DNA from: an uncultured virus (IMG/VR IMGVR_UViG_2663763407_000004)
Taxonomy: Duplodnaviria; Heunggongvirae; Uroviricota; Caudoviricetes
Length of the DNA: 64,000 nucleotides
Strand: one strand, 5' to 3'
IMG/VR virus record: IMGVR_UViG_2663763407_000004
Location: 1-64,000 of that record
The translations under genes were made by a program, and so were the position numbers. The notes under the pieces were generated by a model that saw only the letters and a program-made list of their open reading frames with translations, was not told where the DNA came from and did not search any database. Of this stretch, positions 20,301 through 29,151 are shown one piece after another (position 1 is the first letter of the stretch; each line of letters begins with the position of its first letter).

Positions 20301-21984
20301 GGCGTGGAGTTCGCTGCGCCCGAATCTGATCAGCCTGCTGAAGTATCGACAACTCATCAGGTGTAAAGCCCTGCTCACCCGACTCCATTTGTTGCTGAAT
20401 CAGATCTTGTGCGGTCGGCTGTGCTTCTGGCTCTGCAAGTGAACGTTGAACATCGCTATCATCAGCAAAGCCTTGTACCCGAGGATCCTGACGTAAGTAA
20501 GCTGGGGTATCGCGGAAATCATCAATTTGAGAGTTGGGTACACCATTTTCACTGACTGAGTTTTGTTGTACTGCCACTTCAGGGGAACTCTGATTTTCTG
20601 CCTGCGGTGTAACTTCCTGCTGTTGGGAGGGATCGATATTTTCAGATACGGGTGAACCGTCAGCATTAACGGGGTTTTCTGATGTTGCTTCTGCTGCTGA
20701 CCTGCGGCCACGAATTCCACCGATAGTTCCCGCTGCGCCACCAATGCCAGCCCCTAGCACTGCATTATTAGCACCGGTTTCTACCACCCCTTTCATTGGG
20801 TCTATTTTCTGACCTGCGGTGTCAATTAACTGCTGATTTTGAACATAGCGCTGGGCTGCACCCTGAGTGAACTCAGTTCCACCTTCCGCCGCCGCACCTA
20901 ATGAAGCCCCGGAAATAACACCAGAAGCCGCCCCTTTTTTGGTAAGCAAATTCAATAAGGTATGATCGCCCAATGTAGAAGCTGCAATGTTTATCGCTAG
21001 CATGCGCGGATCTACCGTCACACTGCTGGCGGCCTGTTCTGCAACCTGATTGCGAGCTAGCGTTAATTTTTGTGTATCTGACAGTGCTGAGTTATTTGGA
21101 TCCGAATCTATGGTTGAAAAGGCTTTTTGAAAAGTAGGGCTTTGCACTAACTGATCAAAGGGCAATGCATTGATCTCATCGCGCATTTCATTACCAGAAG
21201 AACCTTGTGCAGTACCTGCCATTATTCCGACAAATCCAGATTTTTGAGCCTGAATGCCCGCTTTAATTGCTGTTTCTTTTGCCGTTTCTCTCGCTACAAA
21301 TTCAGGTAACAGATTCTTAAGTTTCTGAAAAGTAAGTTCCTCAATACTTTTAGCGATGACCTTACCACCAAGTTTGGCAAATCCACCCACAGAGAACAGC
21401 TGAGAAAGTGTGGGTACTGCATTCATTACCCATGCATCTTTATCAAAAGCACCAGCACCAAGCTTCAGATTATCTTGAGAATCAGTTTCAATGAAAGGCA
21501 TCTCTGCTGCCTGCTTAGCCCCCTCACTGTAATTAGACTTTATTTTATCAGTGACATCACCAGCTAAATTACTTATGCCAGCTAAGGCACTAACCCCAAC
21601 TTTACCGAGTGCTTTAGGTAAATCATTACCAGGATTTTTTCGAATTACATTCAACAACTCAGGATCAACATCCAGTGATATCCTTGGTTTTTCGGTGGCT
21701 AATCTGTCCAATTTTCTATCAGCACCAACAACCATTTGGGATAATCCGTGAATAATTTCAGAAGGTGCTGTCGCTGCTGCGAAAGCAACATCTTTTAAAC
21801 CTACACTAGGGTCATTCTCCTGCGGAGCTTTTGACTGCCGCCCAGCAGCTTCACGCGCAGCCCTGACGGCACCCCAGTCGAAACCAGTATTAGCATTCTC
21901 ACCTGGTTGCTGGATATTGAGTGTTTCACGATTACTGTTATTGGTTTGCTCTTCTGGACGTTGTTGTTGCGGATCGTAAGTCAT
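14347..21984 (-). CDS. Giant polyvalent virion/ejection protein (~2545 aa)
   Basis: Last gene of late operon; HEWFH and HEVLAH zincin-like motifs; C-terminus resembles LPD38; start ATGA-coupled to rha stop. Confidence 0.8.
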   Translation of the reverse strand: MTYDPQQQRPEEQTNNSNRETLNIQQPGENANTGFDWGAVRAAREAAGRQSKAPQENDPSVGLKDVAFAAATAPSEIIHGLSQMVVGADRKLDRLATEKPRISLDVDPELLNVIRKNPGNDLPKALGKVGVSALAGISNLAGDVTDKIKSNYSEGAKQAAEMPFIETDSQDNLKLGAGAFDKDAWVMNAVPTLSQLFSVGGFAKLGGKVIAKSIEELTFQKLKNLLPEFVARETAKETAIKAGIQAQKSGFVGIMAGTAQGSSGNEMRDEINALPFDQLVQSPTFQKAFSTIDSDPNNSALSDTQKLTLARNQVAEQAASSVTVDPRMLAINIAASTLGDHTLLNLLTKKGAASGVISGASLGAAAEGGTEFTQGAAQRYVQNQQLIDTAGQKIDPMKGVVETGANNAVLGAGIGGAAGTIGGIRGRRSAAEATSENPVNADGSPVSENIDPSQQQEVTPQAENQSSPEVAVQQNSVSENGVPNSQIDDFRDTPAYLRQDPRVQGFADDSDVQRSLAEPEAQPTAQDLIQQQMESGEQGFTPDELSILQQADQIRAQRTPRLPAPGNIHPGEGFPMPGPIQGDEPQAGSAPQFTAGEQTRGQVYLPREQAEQQGAVRETHTYDGQTDPQAITDKNIIFADGPVVNPDDVQSGKAPQFEGGQRKDVRRFTEAMGAQSETAITDQRQRAGGVPIDARTEAYAKGETLGELRLHHGKPFPNEKVARFTKWAKMPGAVIEPVGDGFGVRLPAKSTDSGIASTKEGHIESGTPQGELRLHHGKPFPNEKVARFTKWAKMPGAVIEPVGDGFGVRLPPEPTTENTKTAPSNEGVVASGEQQVGELRLHLGKPFNSEKVAKYSKWGRMPGATIEPVGKGYGVRLPVPEPVGQAKNRDAKIDDFGEELKGAAKHKWGQLAESLKADHDIEEIKKQPLSKLFPHPDYSKMHENGIEPEKLALLAALRSFIPTKPGSPYKLNQWAEQVKGVRDLASSIINSHASVDDIKTIFRSKSSLRSAADTVDLISQFKPEQMAEASKYSVHSGHYTYFDGKSYPGGRTLYQLVTPRGVIANISAGSMAELLPKAKAFIETQLNSDKGKAVPRQAKLEIYTRRADKSVFIGYKGAMGVLPLKAGFKTPNEARAYLAENRAEIEAKLDKLRKVSREEQRKATNEPRTGIERRKGNVTPEQFSDAFGFRGVQFGNYVEGARRQTELNDAYDSLVDMAELLNVPPKSLSLNGELGLAFGARGKGGAKAHYEPRQVVINLTKGNGAGSLAHEWFHALDNYFGTYDVHGEASGKHSSEFITDRKRPRYEFSSGKKQEIIHPVRQEVHDAFKSAVDKVTHSGMMERAALLDSGRSKAYWTTKLEMSARAFERYLLDKAQSKGITNDYLVNLRKADEHANPETYAYPTEAELNGGVRQAFDHLFQTLKTKPTAKGIAFYSRQGTDIDKGNVISDTGYTAAGEKPAQGMRQGRAQIIADAWVRRLNGAAKIKVKVVQTQAEAAAMMPSGIPKEFGTVHAIYQPELSRVIVVADNITSDRELRAKLRHEVLAHHGLASVIGDVEYDRIMRVLHQTRDSKNKEIQAVWREVDKSYRNESLEMQANEFLAHMAERSELTALGAMWDRFVSLLTNSLKKIGIMNESDISPTEIRNILRTVAGRFKKTAMYDGEQPGTREFDNTFSRSDALYSRTANPAMDTETNRKMGFNVELTRLDKAKSFYATVTSKDKTELKAWLKETGRKLNTKTFDGMAPLKYAEDAAGINDARSSAYIGARMAAGAGSVTAATLEHGLPRYNKAEGIVERQSGTGKEDALMGILDGLGNHRENFFKWIAGHRSERLMKEGKENNFNADEIAYMKTLNRGNEALFDGQKKKYDAFIKSILDLQQDMGLIDPESRAQWEDAWYLPYYREAENGEVKGPWTSKGIANQSSTVRKLKGSDLTIKDPIENLFNYVAKSVDASMKNEAMRRSVVNLADTGVLEVIESPNKMDFERIGKDVVKVFIDGQEKLVQVNDPELYRAFTMIDLERSNSIFMKAARQAKKVLTVSTTSMPDFIIRNFLRDSIHSWAINKDGFKPVTASWAGFRKALRTDDSLVDMMFAGATFGGGYSNVYDPASTAKTIRSVLRRKGYNDSQMQEFESSIVRNSKEVMGKVEQGLHQYKNLSEAAENANRLATYEAAIKSGKSKAQAAFESRDLMDFSMMGASNIMINLSDMLPFFNARMQGLSKLGRAIKENPREVLKRGGMITAASLALMALNWDDKRYEELQDWDKDTYWHAWIGDQHIRFPKPFEIGLMFGTLPERFVRALGGKDSAAKFGKLVAHNFMETMAFNPIPQVAMPIAEAYVNYDFFKGGPIENMADSNLIAGARYNDQTSLLMREVGEATNMSSKMLDHIVMGYTGSLGGYVMGATNLLMRNLKDYGETPAMRLDEMPVIKSFFRGSDPAKSTQFTEDFYRMMTEANQINSTINSFRKQGRGDDASELIEENRGKLSQRQGLTATQKQVKALNAQIEMMRRDRILTADQKREKIDRLMATRNKLVQQAVERVNPYFNK
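19351..19869 (-). repeat. Three 42-aa (126-bp) internal repeats in the giant protein
   Basis: GELRLHHGKPFPNEKVARFTKWAKMPGAVIEPVGDGFGVRLP at 19744-19869 and 19552-19677, diverged copy at 19351-19476. Confidence 0.9.
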
Positions 21985-22556
21985 TTGGCGCTCCAAATTT
22001 CAGACGTAAAAAAAGCCTCGTTGTGAGGCTGTTCGATAGTATTAATAAGGTCCGGTTGCGCGAGATCTTTAATCCGTTCATATTCGAGATTAAGTCTGTG
22101 TTTTTCCTTCTTTCGCGCATTCATCAATCGACTACCGATAGTCCCCTTAACCTTCGAAACATTTTCTTTTATGGCAAACAAATGCTCCGCTTCTTCGCCG
22201 ATTGCAAGACGGCGCTTTAGTTGCTCTGTCATCCAGTTGAAAGCATTGATATACGCCTCTTTAATCGCTGTCGCAGGTTTACCGGTAAATCCCATAATTA
22301 ACATCATGCAACCATCACGAGTTATATTAAACATCGGCTGCATATCGCCATTTTTATCAATGAAATCAGTGGGCGCAAAATTGCGCTGGGTAAAATCATC
22401 GGAACATTTCAGGTTTCGAATTGCCCTTAGAACATCTTTGTGACGCTTGCTAAAGCATTGAGCAACCTTAAGTGAGGTGGTTATCACTTTGTTCTCTGAC
22501 ATAACCACCATGTCTCGAAAATCAAATTGTGGGATGACTACCATTTGTTTGTTCAT
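21981..22556 (-). CDS. rha: Rha family phage regulatory protein
   Basis: TTSLKVAQCFSKRHKDVLRAI...LIMGFTG..A..KEAYINAFN. Confidence 0.85.
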   Translation of the reverse strand: MNKQMVVIPQFDFRDMVVMSENKVITTSLKVAQCFSKRHKDVLRAIRNLKCSDDFTQRNFAPTDFIDKNGDMQPMFNITRDGCMMLIMGFTGKPATAIKEAYINAFNWMTEQLKRRLAIGEEAEHLFAIKENVSKVKGTIGSRLMNARKKEKHRLNLEYERIKDLAQPDLINTIEQPHNEAFFTSEIWSAK

Positions 22557-22746
22557 TGGCACTTCCTTATTAGAAATGAACCTTTGGCGCATAGGAAACC
22601 AGCCCATCGAGGCGTACCAACCGTACTGGCTCCTCAAAGGCTCATTTCTAATCAGGTTCGATGATTTGAAGCACATGCGTTGTGCTGGGGAAACTGGAAT
22701 AAAAAAAACCCGGCAGGCGAACCTGTCGAGGCTAGATTTCGTGCAT

Positions 22747-22821
22747 AAAAAAACCGAAGGGCTTTTTAAAGCTCACTTCGGCATCTTTGGATAATTTAGC
22801 GCGTTCCGTTTGGCTAAGCAA
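22747..22821 (-). promoter_or_regulatory. Late pR'-like promoter + terminator cassette 1
   Basis: TTGCTT-17-TAAATT, conserved cgcgcTAAATTatccaaagatgcc, then hairpin + T7. Confidence 0.7.
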
Positions 22822-22902
22822 GATTATAAATTGCAAATATCTCATACTACAATTGACGATACAGACTCCAATATTTTATAGTCTCAATTAAAAGCAATAC
22901 AG

Positions 22903-23616
22903 TCAGTAGTATTCGGTGTTATACATGGCAGAGTATGCTTCTGTTACTCTGCCATCAGGGTATATGTCTTTTATTTTACAGGATACAGGGTTACCATGTG
23001 AATCTATCGTACAGTCTCTTGTTGTTGAAACTTCAAGCTTATCATTAATGTAAGTTTTCGTTTCATAGTTAAATGGATTTATTGCTTTAGCATCAAATTC
23101 AGTCACTATTTTATTCACGAAATTCTCTTCATAACTTACGTCTAAAATAGGATATCCACTTTCGTCATACTCGTAATGTTTTCTTATTTTCCCACTTTCT
23201 GATATTTTAACATCCGTTACAAACCCTTTATCATTCAGTAGTGTTTTAACATCTCCATTCATAGTTTGCGTAATGTTGCATTTCTCATTCAAAATTAACT
23301 TTCTTTCTTTGGTATTACTATTAATATAAAAATTACCATCTTTAACGTAATCCGTATCTATTTCTGATATTGGAGTGCGGACCTTTATTGAAGTAAAGCA
23401 GCCTTTCTCATCAATATTTGCATGAGCTTCAGAAATAACATTCCCATTGGCATCCAGCATTTTTTGACTGAGTGATTTAACAGGTCCATGTAACGGGTCT
23501 AACCCAAATATGTTAGAGATGCTTGCAACATTCGGCGTAAAAACTAAAGATTCATTATTCCTATCGCAGGCACTTAATACCACAATCAGGGTGCAGACAC
23601 TTATAATCCGTTTCAC
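22903..23616 (-). CDS. YnfC-family lipoprotein (moron)
   Basis: Lipobox LSAC-DR; FTP..SN.FGLDPL.GPVK motif; AT-rich. Confidence 0.75.
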   Translation of the reverse strand: MKRIISVCTLIVVLSACDRNNESLVFTPNVASISNIFGLDPLHGPVKSLSQKMLDANGNVISEAHANIDEKGCFTSIKVRTPISEIDTDYVKDGNFYINSNTKERKLILNEKCNITQTMNGDVKTLLNDKGFVTDVKISESGKIRKHYEYDESGYPILDVSYEENFVNKIVTEFDAKAINPFNYETKTYINDKLEVSTTRDCTIDSHGNPVSCKIKDIYPDGRVTEAYSAMYNTEYY

Positions 23617-23691
23617 TATGCACTATTCCTTATAATAAGTAGCTGATTACATAATATCAGGAGTCGCTAAGAATAATAAGAAACATATTTA

Positions 23692-25068
23692 TTACTTTGC
23701 CGCTCGACTATAAACTTCTCGTAACTGCTGCGCAGTAAAGCTATCACCAGAAACGAGTGTTTCCTGGGTGGTACTGTTTGTAGCCCTCTGCTGCCTTCCT
23801 TCCCTTTGTTTCTGTTTCCATGCCACAAAGGCCTGCTGATCCTGTGGGCTATTCAGATCAGGCGCTTCACCAAACTCTTTTTGGTACTCTCCTGCAAATG
23901 CTTCCAACTCTGCCGGGTCAATACCTGATTGATTTTGCGAACTACGTCCCCCGCCAACACCGTAGAGCTCCGAGGCCTGCTGACGGCGTTGCTCCGAGTT
24001 GCTCTTAATCTCCTGTTTTGCAGCAGTCAGTTGTTTTTCATCCATCATCGCACCATCTTTATTCAGTGCAGCCAGTTGCTTACCTTCATCTTTGCTAATA
24101 TCCAGCAGTTCTTTACGGTAGCCCTCACTTTCCTGACGCATAGCGGCTTTATCTGGCGGGTTAACCATGCTGCCAATGAACTTGGCCCTATCTGGTTGGT
24201 TAAGCTGACCAACCATCTGGCTGTAACCTCTGACCTTATTCATAAACTCATCGATAGGGATTTTAGCTACCTGGTTATCATTCACATCAGCGGAACCGAA
24301 TTGAGTCATAGGTTTGTTGGCGGTTGAACCATCGCTATAAGTGACTTTCAGACCGGGAATAACAAACTTGCCATCTTCACTGATACCAATATGAGCCAAC
24401 TCTTTGCTCTTAATCTTCTTCCCTGACTCTGGATCGACTTCATCAATATTGCGTTCAATATAGGGGGCCAGCACAGTATTCATCGTTTTTAATACTTTCG
24501 GGTCGTTATAGTTCATTTCCCCGGAAAGCACCTTCGGCATAATCTGGTTAATCTCCATCACATTATCAATTGCTCCCTGACCAAAGAAACGCGAAGGGTG
24601 AAGCGGGTTATCCTTTGAAATTTGCCCATACAATTGAGGGTCAACCTGACCGGTGGTTTCAATTTGCTTATACAGCGCCTGAACAACCGGCATTTCTTCT
24701 TGCATGCGCTGCTGCCGCTCAGCTTGAGAACGTTGGAAATTAAACTCGTTCTTACGCATATTGAGTTCCTGCGCCCGCATGCCCAAGCTGGCATTTGCCG
24801 TGCGCTGACTAGCCTGCGCCAAGCCATAGTTCTTATTCCACTGCTCATCACCCACGCTATCACGCTGTGATTTATATTGATGATCACGATTGTCAGTTTC
24901 TTTGCGCCAGTTAACCTGATCCTGCGCCAGACCATAGTTACGGTCAGAGTCCTTAACCTGTTGCTGTTGTGCCGCATCCCGCAAACCCAGTTCACGGTCA
25001 CGACTGATAGCCTGATCCGCAGTATTGAAGCCTGCCAAGAAGCCGTCTGCTAAACCTTGTACACCCAT
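23692..25068 (-). CDS. Putative DNA ejection/internal virion protein
   Basis: Q/R-rich helical protein in the ejection module position. Confidence 0.55.
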   Translation of the reverse strand: MGVQGLADGFLAGFNTADQAISRDRELGLRDAAQQQQVKDSDRNYGLAQDQVNWRKETDNRDHQYKSQRDSVGDEQWNKNYGLAQASQRTANASLGMRAQELNMRKNEFNFQRSQAERQQRMQEEMPVVQALYKQIETTGQVDPQLYGQISKDNPLHPSRFFGQGAIDNVMEINQIMPKVLSGEMNYNDPKVLKTMNTVLAPYIERNIDEVDPESGKKIKSKELAHIGISEDGKFVIPGLKVTYSDGSTANKPMTQFGSADVNDNQVAKIPIDEFMNKVRGYSQMVGQLNQPDRAKFIGSMVNPPDKAAMRQESEGYRKELLDISKDEGKQLAALNKDGAMMDEKQLTAAKQEIKSNSEQRRQQASELYGVGGGRSSQNQSGIDPAELEAFAGEYQKEFGEAPDLNSPQDQQAFVAWKQKQREGRQQRATNSTTQETLVSGDSFTAQQLREVYSRAAK

Positions 25069-25080
25069 AATAATGATCCT

Positions 25081-25341
25081 TTAGAAGAAACTACTGGCCA
25101 GCAAACCCACTGCGGCACCAATACCCGCACCAATCGGCCCACCCGCAGCACCATAGGTGGCACCCACCGCCATGCCAGTACCGGCCCCGACGCCAATCAT
25201 GCTCATTTGGCTCTGTTTCTGTTGGGATTTGAGCTGCTCATTGGCAGATTCGCGCTGTATCTCACGGTTAGAAGCATCACCTAGCCCTTGCATGGCCTGC
25301 TGCCGAGTATCCCGTGCAACATCAATCAGTCCGTATCCCAT
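25081..25341 (-). CDS. Small glycine-zipper virion protein
   Basis: GAGTGMAVGA..GGPIGAGIGAAVG. Confidence 0.6.
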   Translation of the reverse strand: MGYGLIDVARDTRQQAMQGLGDASNREIQRESANEQLKSQQKQSQMSMIGVGAGTGMAVGATYGAAGGPIGAGIGAAVGLLASSFF

Positions 25342-25724
25342 TAGTTCCTCCCCCCGCCAATACTCATTTGCTCACGTAGGCTTGCACTGCCACCGGTTAA
25401 AATATTCATCTGTCGATCTTGCTCAGCCTCCCGGATACCATTCTTCGCCCCGGCAGTGGCCAGTGCCGAGCGCAGACCTAAACTGTTATCGTTCGGGTTT
25501 GCCGTCTGAGTAGTGCCATAACGCGCTAACTGATTTTGAGTACCCAACTGAGCAGAACGCAGACTGTTAGCAGAACTATCACTGACGCGGGTTAATTGCT
25601 GATTCATCAGTTCGCCGCTGGTAGCCAAACCCATCAGCTCTTTTTGCTTTGGATAAAAACGAGTGAGCCAATCGTTATACTGATCACGAATAAGATTGGC
25701 ATAGGTATCAGATGCTTGTCCCAT
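25341..25724 (-). CDS. Phage virion hypothetical protein
   Basis: Coupled ORF with GGAG RBS. Confidence 0.6.
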   Translation of the reverse strand: MGQASDTYANLIRDQYNDWLTRFYPKQKELMGLATSGELMNQQLTRVSDSSANSLRSAQLGTQNQLARYGTTQTANPNDNSLGLRSALATAGAKNGIREAEQDRQMNILTGGSASLREQMSIGGGRN

Positions 25725-25739
25725 AACGCTCTCCTGTCA

Positions 25740-26375
25740 TTAGTTGCCGCCAAAGATGCCCGTGGATTTGCTGCTCACGTCTTTGAGTCCATAAGTCGAT
25801 TTGCTGCTGACGTCCTTGACCCCATAATTACGAGCGGCCATCCCACCCGCAGCACCAACTAATTGCCCTACTGCCTGTCGGTCGCTAAGTGACTTCTGTG
25901 CATCACTGGTCGCTTTACTTAAACTCTGGCTGGCAATGTTGCTATAACCAGACAGTGCATCAGCTTTTTGCCCTGAACCCATAGCGACGACATCTTGCAA
26001 ACCGGCAACATATTTATCTTGTTGTGAGGTTTGCGCCCGGTTAGTCGTGTCGATTTGCCCTGCTACCTGGTCACTTTGCAACGTTTGTAGTGTTCCCTGG
26101 AATTTACCGCTACTCGGATCAACACCACCCGCAGACAATTCAGTCGCCGCCTGTTGGCGTGCCTTACCAAACTCCTGTTGATAACCTAAGTTGACGGTCC
26201 CAGCAGCATCGTCGTATTTCGACTCGTTATTCATACTGTCTACTTTGCTAATAAACAGATTTTCCATTGGCTTAAGTTCGTTCTGGTACAGCGTCCATTG
26301 TTTACCCGCAATTTCAGCCGCTGCCAGTTCCTGAGAGGTTTCTTTCACCTCGGTGCTACCGCCACCTTTTCCCAT
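25740..26375 (-). CDS. Phage virion/ejection protein
   Basis: MGKGGGS start; duplicated C-terminal KDVSSKST. Confidence 0.6.
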   Translation of the reverse strand: MGKGGGSTEVKETSQELAAAEIAGKQWTLYQNELKPMENLFISKVDSMNNESKYDDAAGTVNLGYQQEFGKARQQAATELSAGGVDPSSGKFQGTLQTLQSDQVAGQIDTTNRAQTSQQDKYVAGLQDVVAMGSGQKADALSGYSNIASQSLSKATSDAQKSLSDRQAVGQLVGAAGGMAARNYGVKDVSSKSTYGLKDVSSKSTGIFGGN

Positions 26376-26390
26376 AATGACCTCCCATTT

Positions 26391-26537
26391 TCACCACCAA
26401 CGAACTACGGATAGCACGCTGGCCACACCATATAAAATGCCGACCAGTACAGTGGAGTAATACATGCGCCGGAGTGTTTTACTTCGTTCAAACAGTTCTA
26501 GAGCTTTCACAACCCATTCTCCTAGGTTAATATTCAC
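26391..26537 (-). CDS. Small single-TM peptide ending RWW (type I toxin-like candidate)
   Basis: MNINLGEWVVKALELFERSKTLRRMYYSTVLVGILYGVASVLSVVRWW*; absent from ORF track. Confidence 0.5.
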   Translation of the reverse strand: MNINLGEWVVKALELFERSKTLRRMYYSTVLVGILYGVASVLSVVRWW

Positions 26538-26575
26538 CCATCTTCTCCCTTGCCTTTTTCAAGGTGCAGAAAGTA

Positions 26576-26612
26576 GAAAGCCCCGGCTGCGGCTAACAGT
26601 TCGGGGCTTTCG
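26576..26612. terminator. Strong hairpin, possibly bidirectional terminator
   Basis: gaaagccccgg...tcggggctttc. Confidence 0.6.
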
Positions 26613-26630
26613 CTTATCTACTCGTTTACA

Positions 26631-27005
26631 TTAAACCGGTATTTTGAATTTCATCAGTCCATCTTCGTCCACCAGACGCTCAAAACCGAGACGCCGCGCA
26701 ATTCGGATAAACCCTTTTCGTGCTGTATAAAACTCCGCCCAGCGTCCGCCTATCATCCGAGTCAGTTGCTGAACCTCCGGCGTGTACTTAACCAAACCTT
26801 GCGGCCCGCTACTGATACCCAGCCAAACCACCACATAAGGAATGCCTTCTTTCATTCGCGGGCGCAGGACTATCACTGCATCGTCCGCTGAAAAGCAAAA
26901 CGCCTGCTTGTTACGGCAGGCGTCTTGGACATGAATGAGGAGTTCCGGATCACCGGCATCGCTGGCTATTCGGGCCAGTTTAGAAGTGAAAGTAGTTTGC
27001 AGCAT
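26631..27005 (-). CDS. Phage hypothetical protein (GNAT-like fold possible)
   Basis: RKGFIRIARRLGF motif; position in tail module. Confidence 0.5.
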   Translation of the reverse strand: MLQTTFTSKLARIASDAGDPELLIHVQDACRNKQAFCFSADDAVIVLRPRMKEGIPYVVVWLGISSGPQGLVKYTPEVQQLTRMIGGRWAEFYTARKGFIRIARRLGFERLVDEDGLMKFKIPV

Positions 27006-27978
27006 CCAGCACCATGATAGGAATACTTGAAACGTAATAGGTTAATGGGCCATGGGATGCCGGTTGATTTCTGGCCCATCCCCAAGCAGGGCCAATCTGC
27101 GTGCCGTTGCTGTTCACCCAGACATAAACCTGCCACGGGTAACTGTACATCGCACCAATATTGCACGGCGCGTACATTGGTCGGGCAATGCCCTCAACAC
27201 TCCGCATTGAGCCTAATGCTGCACCGGTTAAAGGAACCAATTTAGGGCGGGCCAAAATATCGTAGCCAGAGTTATAAACCACTGAGCCATTTTGTTTTGA
27301 ATAGATTTCCAAGCCATATTTGCTGCGATTTAACGCACCATTACCAAAGATACAGACCTTGGCTCTAATAGTCGCGCCGCCACCGCCATTGACATAAAAA
27401 ACCCGATATCGGCGGTCAGTGGGGTCAGGCGACATACAAATGGTTTTACTGGCATCTGTTGTGTAGAAATAACACATCACCTGATCGGCTGCGAATGCCG
27501 GATTAATATAACTGGGTAACCAGCCATCATTTATATCAACTTCACCTTTAAATAACAGGCAAGAGAATTGACTGATATTGCTAATGCCGGTGAAGTTATT
27601 AACCCCCATAAATTGGATACCATAACCGCCCACCGATCCAGAAGCGGGCCAGATATAAACACCATAATATGAAGATGGAATAGCACCATAATAATTAACT
27701 GAGTTTACTTTCAGTGTACGGTTAGCGTCTAAATAAGGTTGATTATAAGCGAATCCACCTGGTACCCACTGACTACCACTAACGGTGTAATCAAGCCAGG
27801 CATAAGAAGACATCCAAAGAAAATAGTCATAGCCAGAAGGAATAGTAATCCCCGTATTCCATTCCCCATATGAAGTACCTTTACTGCCCATGCCAACTAT
27901 TTTAGTGACCGTAGTTTTGTTATCCATCACGACTGATGTGCCATCAGGGCGGAATACTTCTAAACCGTAGCGCGACAC
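26980..27978 (-). CDS. Tail protein with repeated YGL/YGI modules
   Basis: YGLEVF, YGIQF and YGLEIY repeats; follows tail tip gene. Confidence 0.6.
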   Translation of the reverse strand: MSRYGLEVFRPDGTSVVMDNKTTVTKIVGMGSKGTSYGEWNTGITIPSGYDYFLWMSSYAWLDYTVSGSQWVPGGFAYNQPYLDANRTLKVNSVNYYGAIPSSYYGVYIWPASGSVGGYGIQFMGVNNFTGISNISQFSCLLFKGEVDINDGWLPSYINPAFAADQVMCYFYTTDASKTICMSPDPTDRRYRVFYVNGGGGATIRAKVCIFGNGALNRSKYGLEIYSKQNGSVVYNSGYDILARPKLVPLTGAALGSMRSVEGIARPMYAPCNIGAMYSYPWQVYVWVNSNGTQIGPAWGWARNQPASHGPLTYYVSSIPIMVLDAANYFHF

Positions 27979-28044
27979 TGCCAGATACCGTTAAAGTTAA
28001 AATCAGGAGGGGGATTCTTACCCACGGACATACACGCGGTTAAA

Positions 28045-29151
28045 CTAATCAAGCTTGCCAAGACGAACCATAAGCGCACCTTTCTCATCATAAACCTCTA
28101 TTCTCTCGTTAGTGATGACAAGGCCAATACTGCCTGCACCTTGCCTGATGGTAATTCTTCCCGTATTTGAAACACTGAATAGGTCGCCAATCTTCAGATT
28201 ACCGGCGGCATCAACTGTGAACTTACCGTTATTTATCGTGGCGCTATTGAGCGTGGGCGTTGAAATGCTGATTCCCGCTTTAACTTCATCAGCGATAATC
28301 GTTTGAGCGTTCAAAATCTTAATAGTGGCTTCACGAATGGCAGCCTCATCAATGACCACTCGCCCGCCGGAAATAGAAAACGGAATCGCATAGGAACCGG
28401 TATCGGTTGGATTATTCGGATCAAAGACAAAAAACTGACTGGCCGATATGGCGACCTGAGCAATGGGTTTACCCTCAGCATCCCTGCCAGCGACAATTCC
28501 GATACCTGCGGTGATGCCGCTGGCATCAACTTTGGTGCTCCACATTTTCTGAAATGCCTGGCCGCCATTCTGGTCAAGATCATTGACGCTATTGGTCAGC
28601 TCACCGATTAATGGAGAGTCATTAATCTCCTTATTAATCAGGTCAATGATTTCATCAATATCAGCAGCGGTTTTGGCCGGTGTTCCCTCACTGGAGTTAT
28701 ATGGCCCCGCCACACCAGCAGAATTGATAAAGCGGATCCAGTAATACCCTTGCCAACCCGGATCAACCGGGTCGCCATATACCGCCGCCGCCGAGCTGGC
28801 CACCATCACCGCATTAGCCAGGTTATCTTCAGTGCTACGATAGATTTCCGTCAGCGAATGCCCACGGTAATTCGGCATATCCCATTCCAGCAGTACCGCA
28901 CCGAATCCCCCATTAGCTTTGAAGTTTCGCGGTTGAGTGGGAAAAGAGGGGGCTGGGCCAGTATTATCATTGGGATGAGGTTTGAGCTGTAATTTACCGC
29001 CTGCTCCGGTGCGTAACTTGGCTAAATCCAGATCGGCCAACTCGGCATAAGTGACGGCACGATTACGGCCGTCACCGCGCTGCCCGGTCAACACCTCAAT
29101 ATTTTCAGAGAGTGCCGCAGCATCACGACCCGCACGGAATCCTTTGGTCAT
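28045..29151 (-). CDS. Tail tip/fiber protein (DUF1983-like C-terminus)
   Basis: FN3-like WDMP..YYWIRF; AGIG..ASQFFV..PF....GRVVIDEA. Confidence 0.7.
   Translation of the reverse strand: MTKGFRAGRDAAALSENIEVLTGQRGDGRNRAVTYAELADLDLAKLRTGAGGKLQLKPHPNDNTGPAPSFPTQPRNFKANGGFGAVLLEWDMPNYRGHSLTEIYRSTEDNLANAVMVASSAAAVYGDPVDPGWQGYYWIRFINSAGVAGPYNSSEGTPAKTAADIDEIIDLINKEINDSPLIGELTNSVNDLDQNGGQAFQKMWSTKVDASGITAGIGIVAGRDAEGKPIAQVAISASQFFVFDPNNPTDTGSYAIPFSISGGRVVIDEAAIREATIKILNAQTIIADEVKAGISISTPTLNSATINNGKFTVDAAGNLKIGDLFSVSNTGRITIRQGAGSIGLVITNERIEVYDEKGALMVRLGKLD

Noticed and set aside
25764..25820. KDVSSKST duplication at a gene 3' end
   Set aside because: Simple local 33-bp tandem duplication in a variable tail
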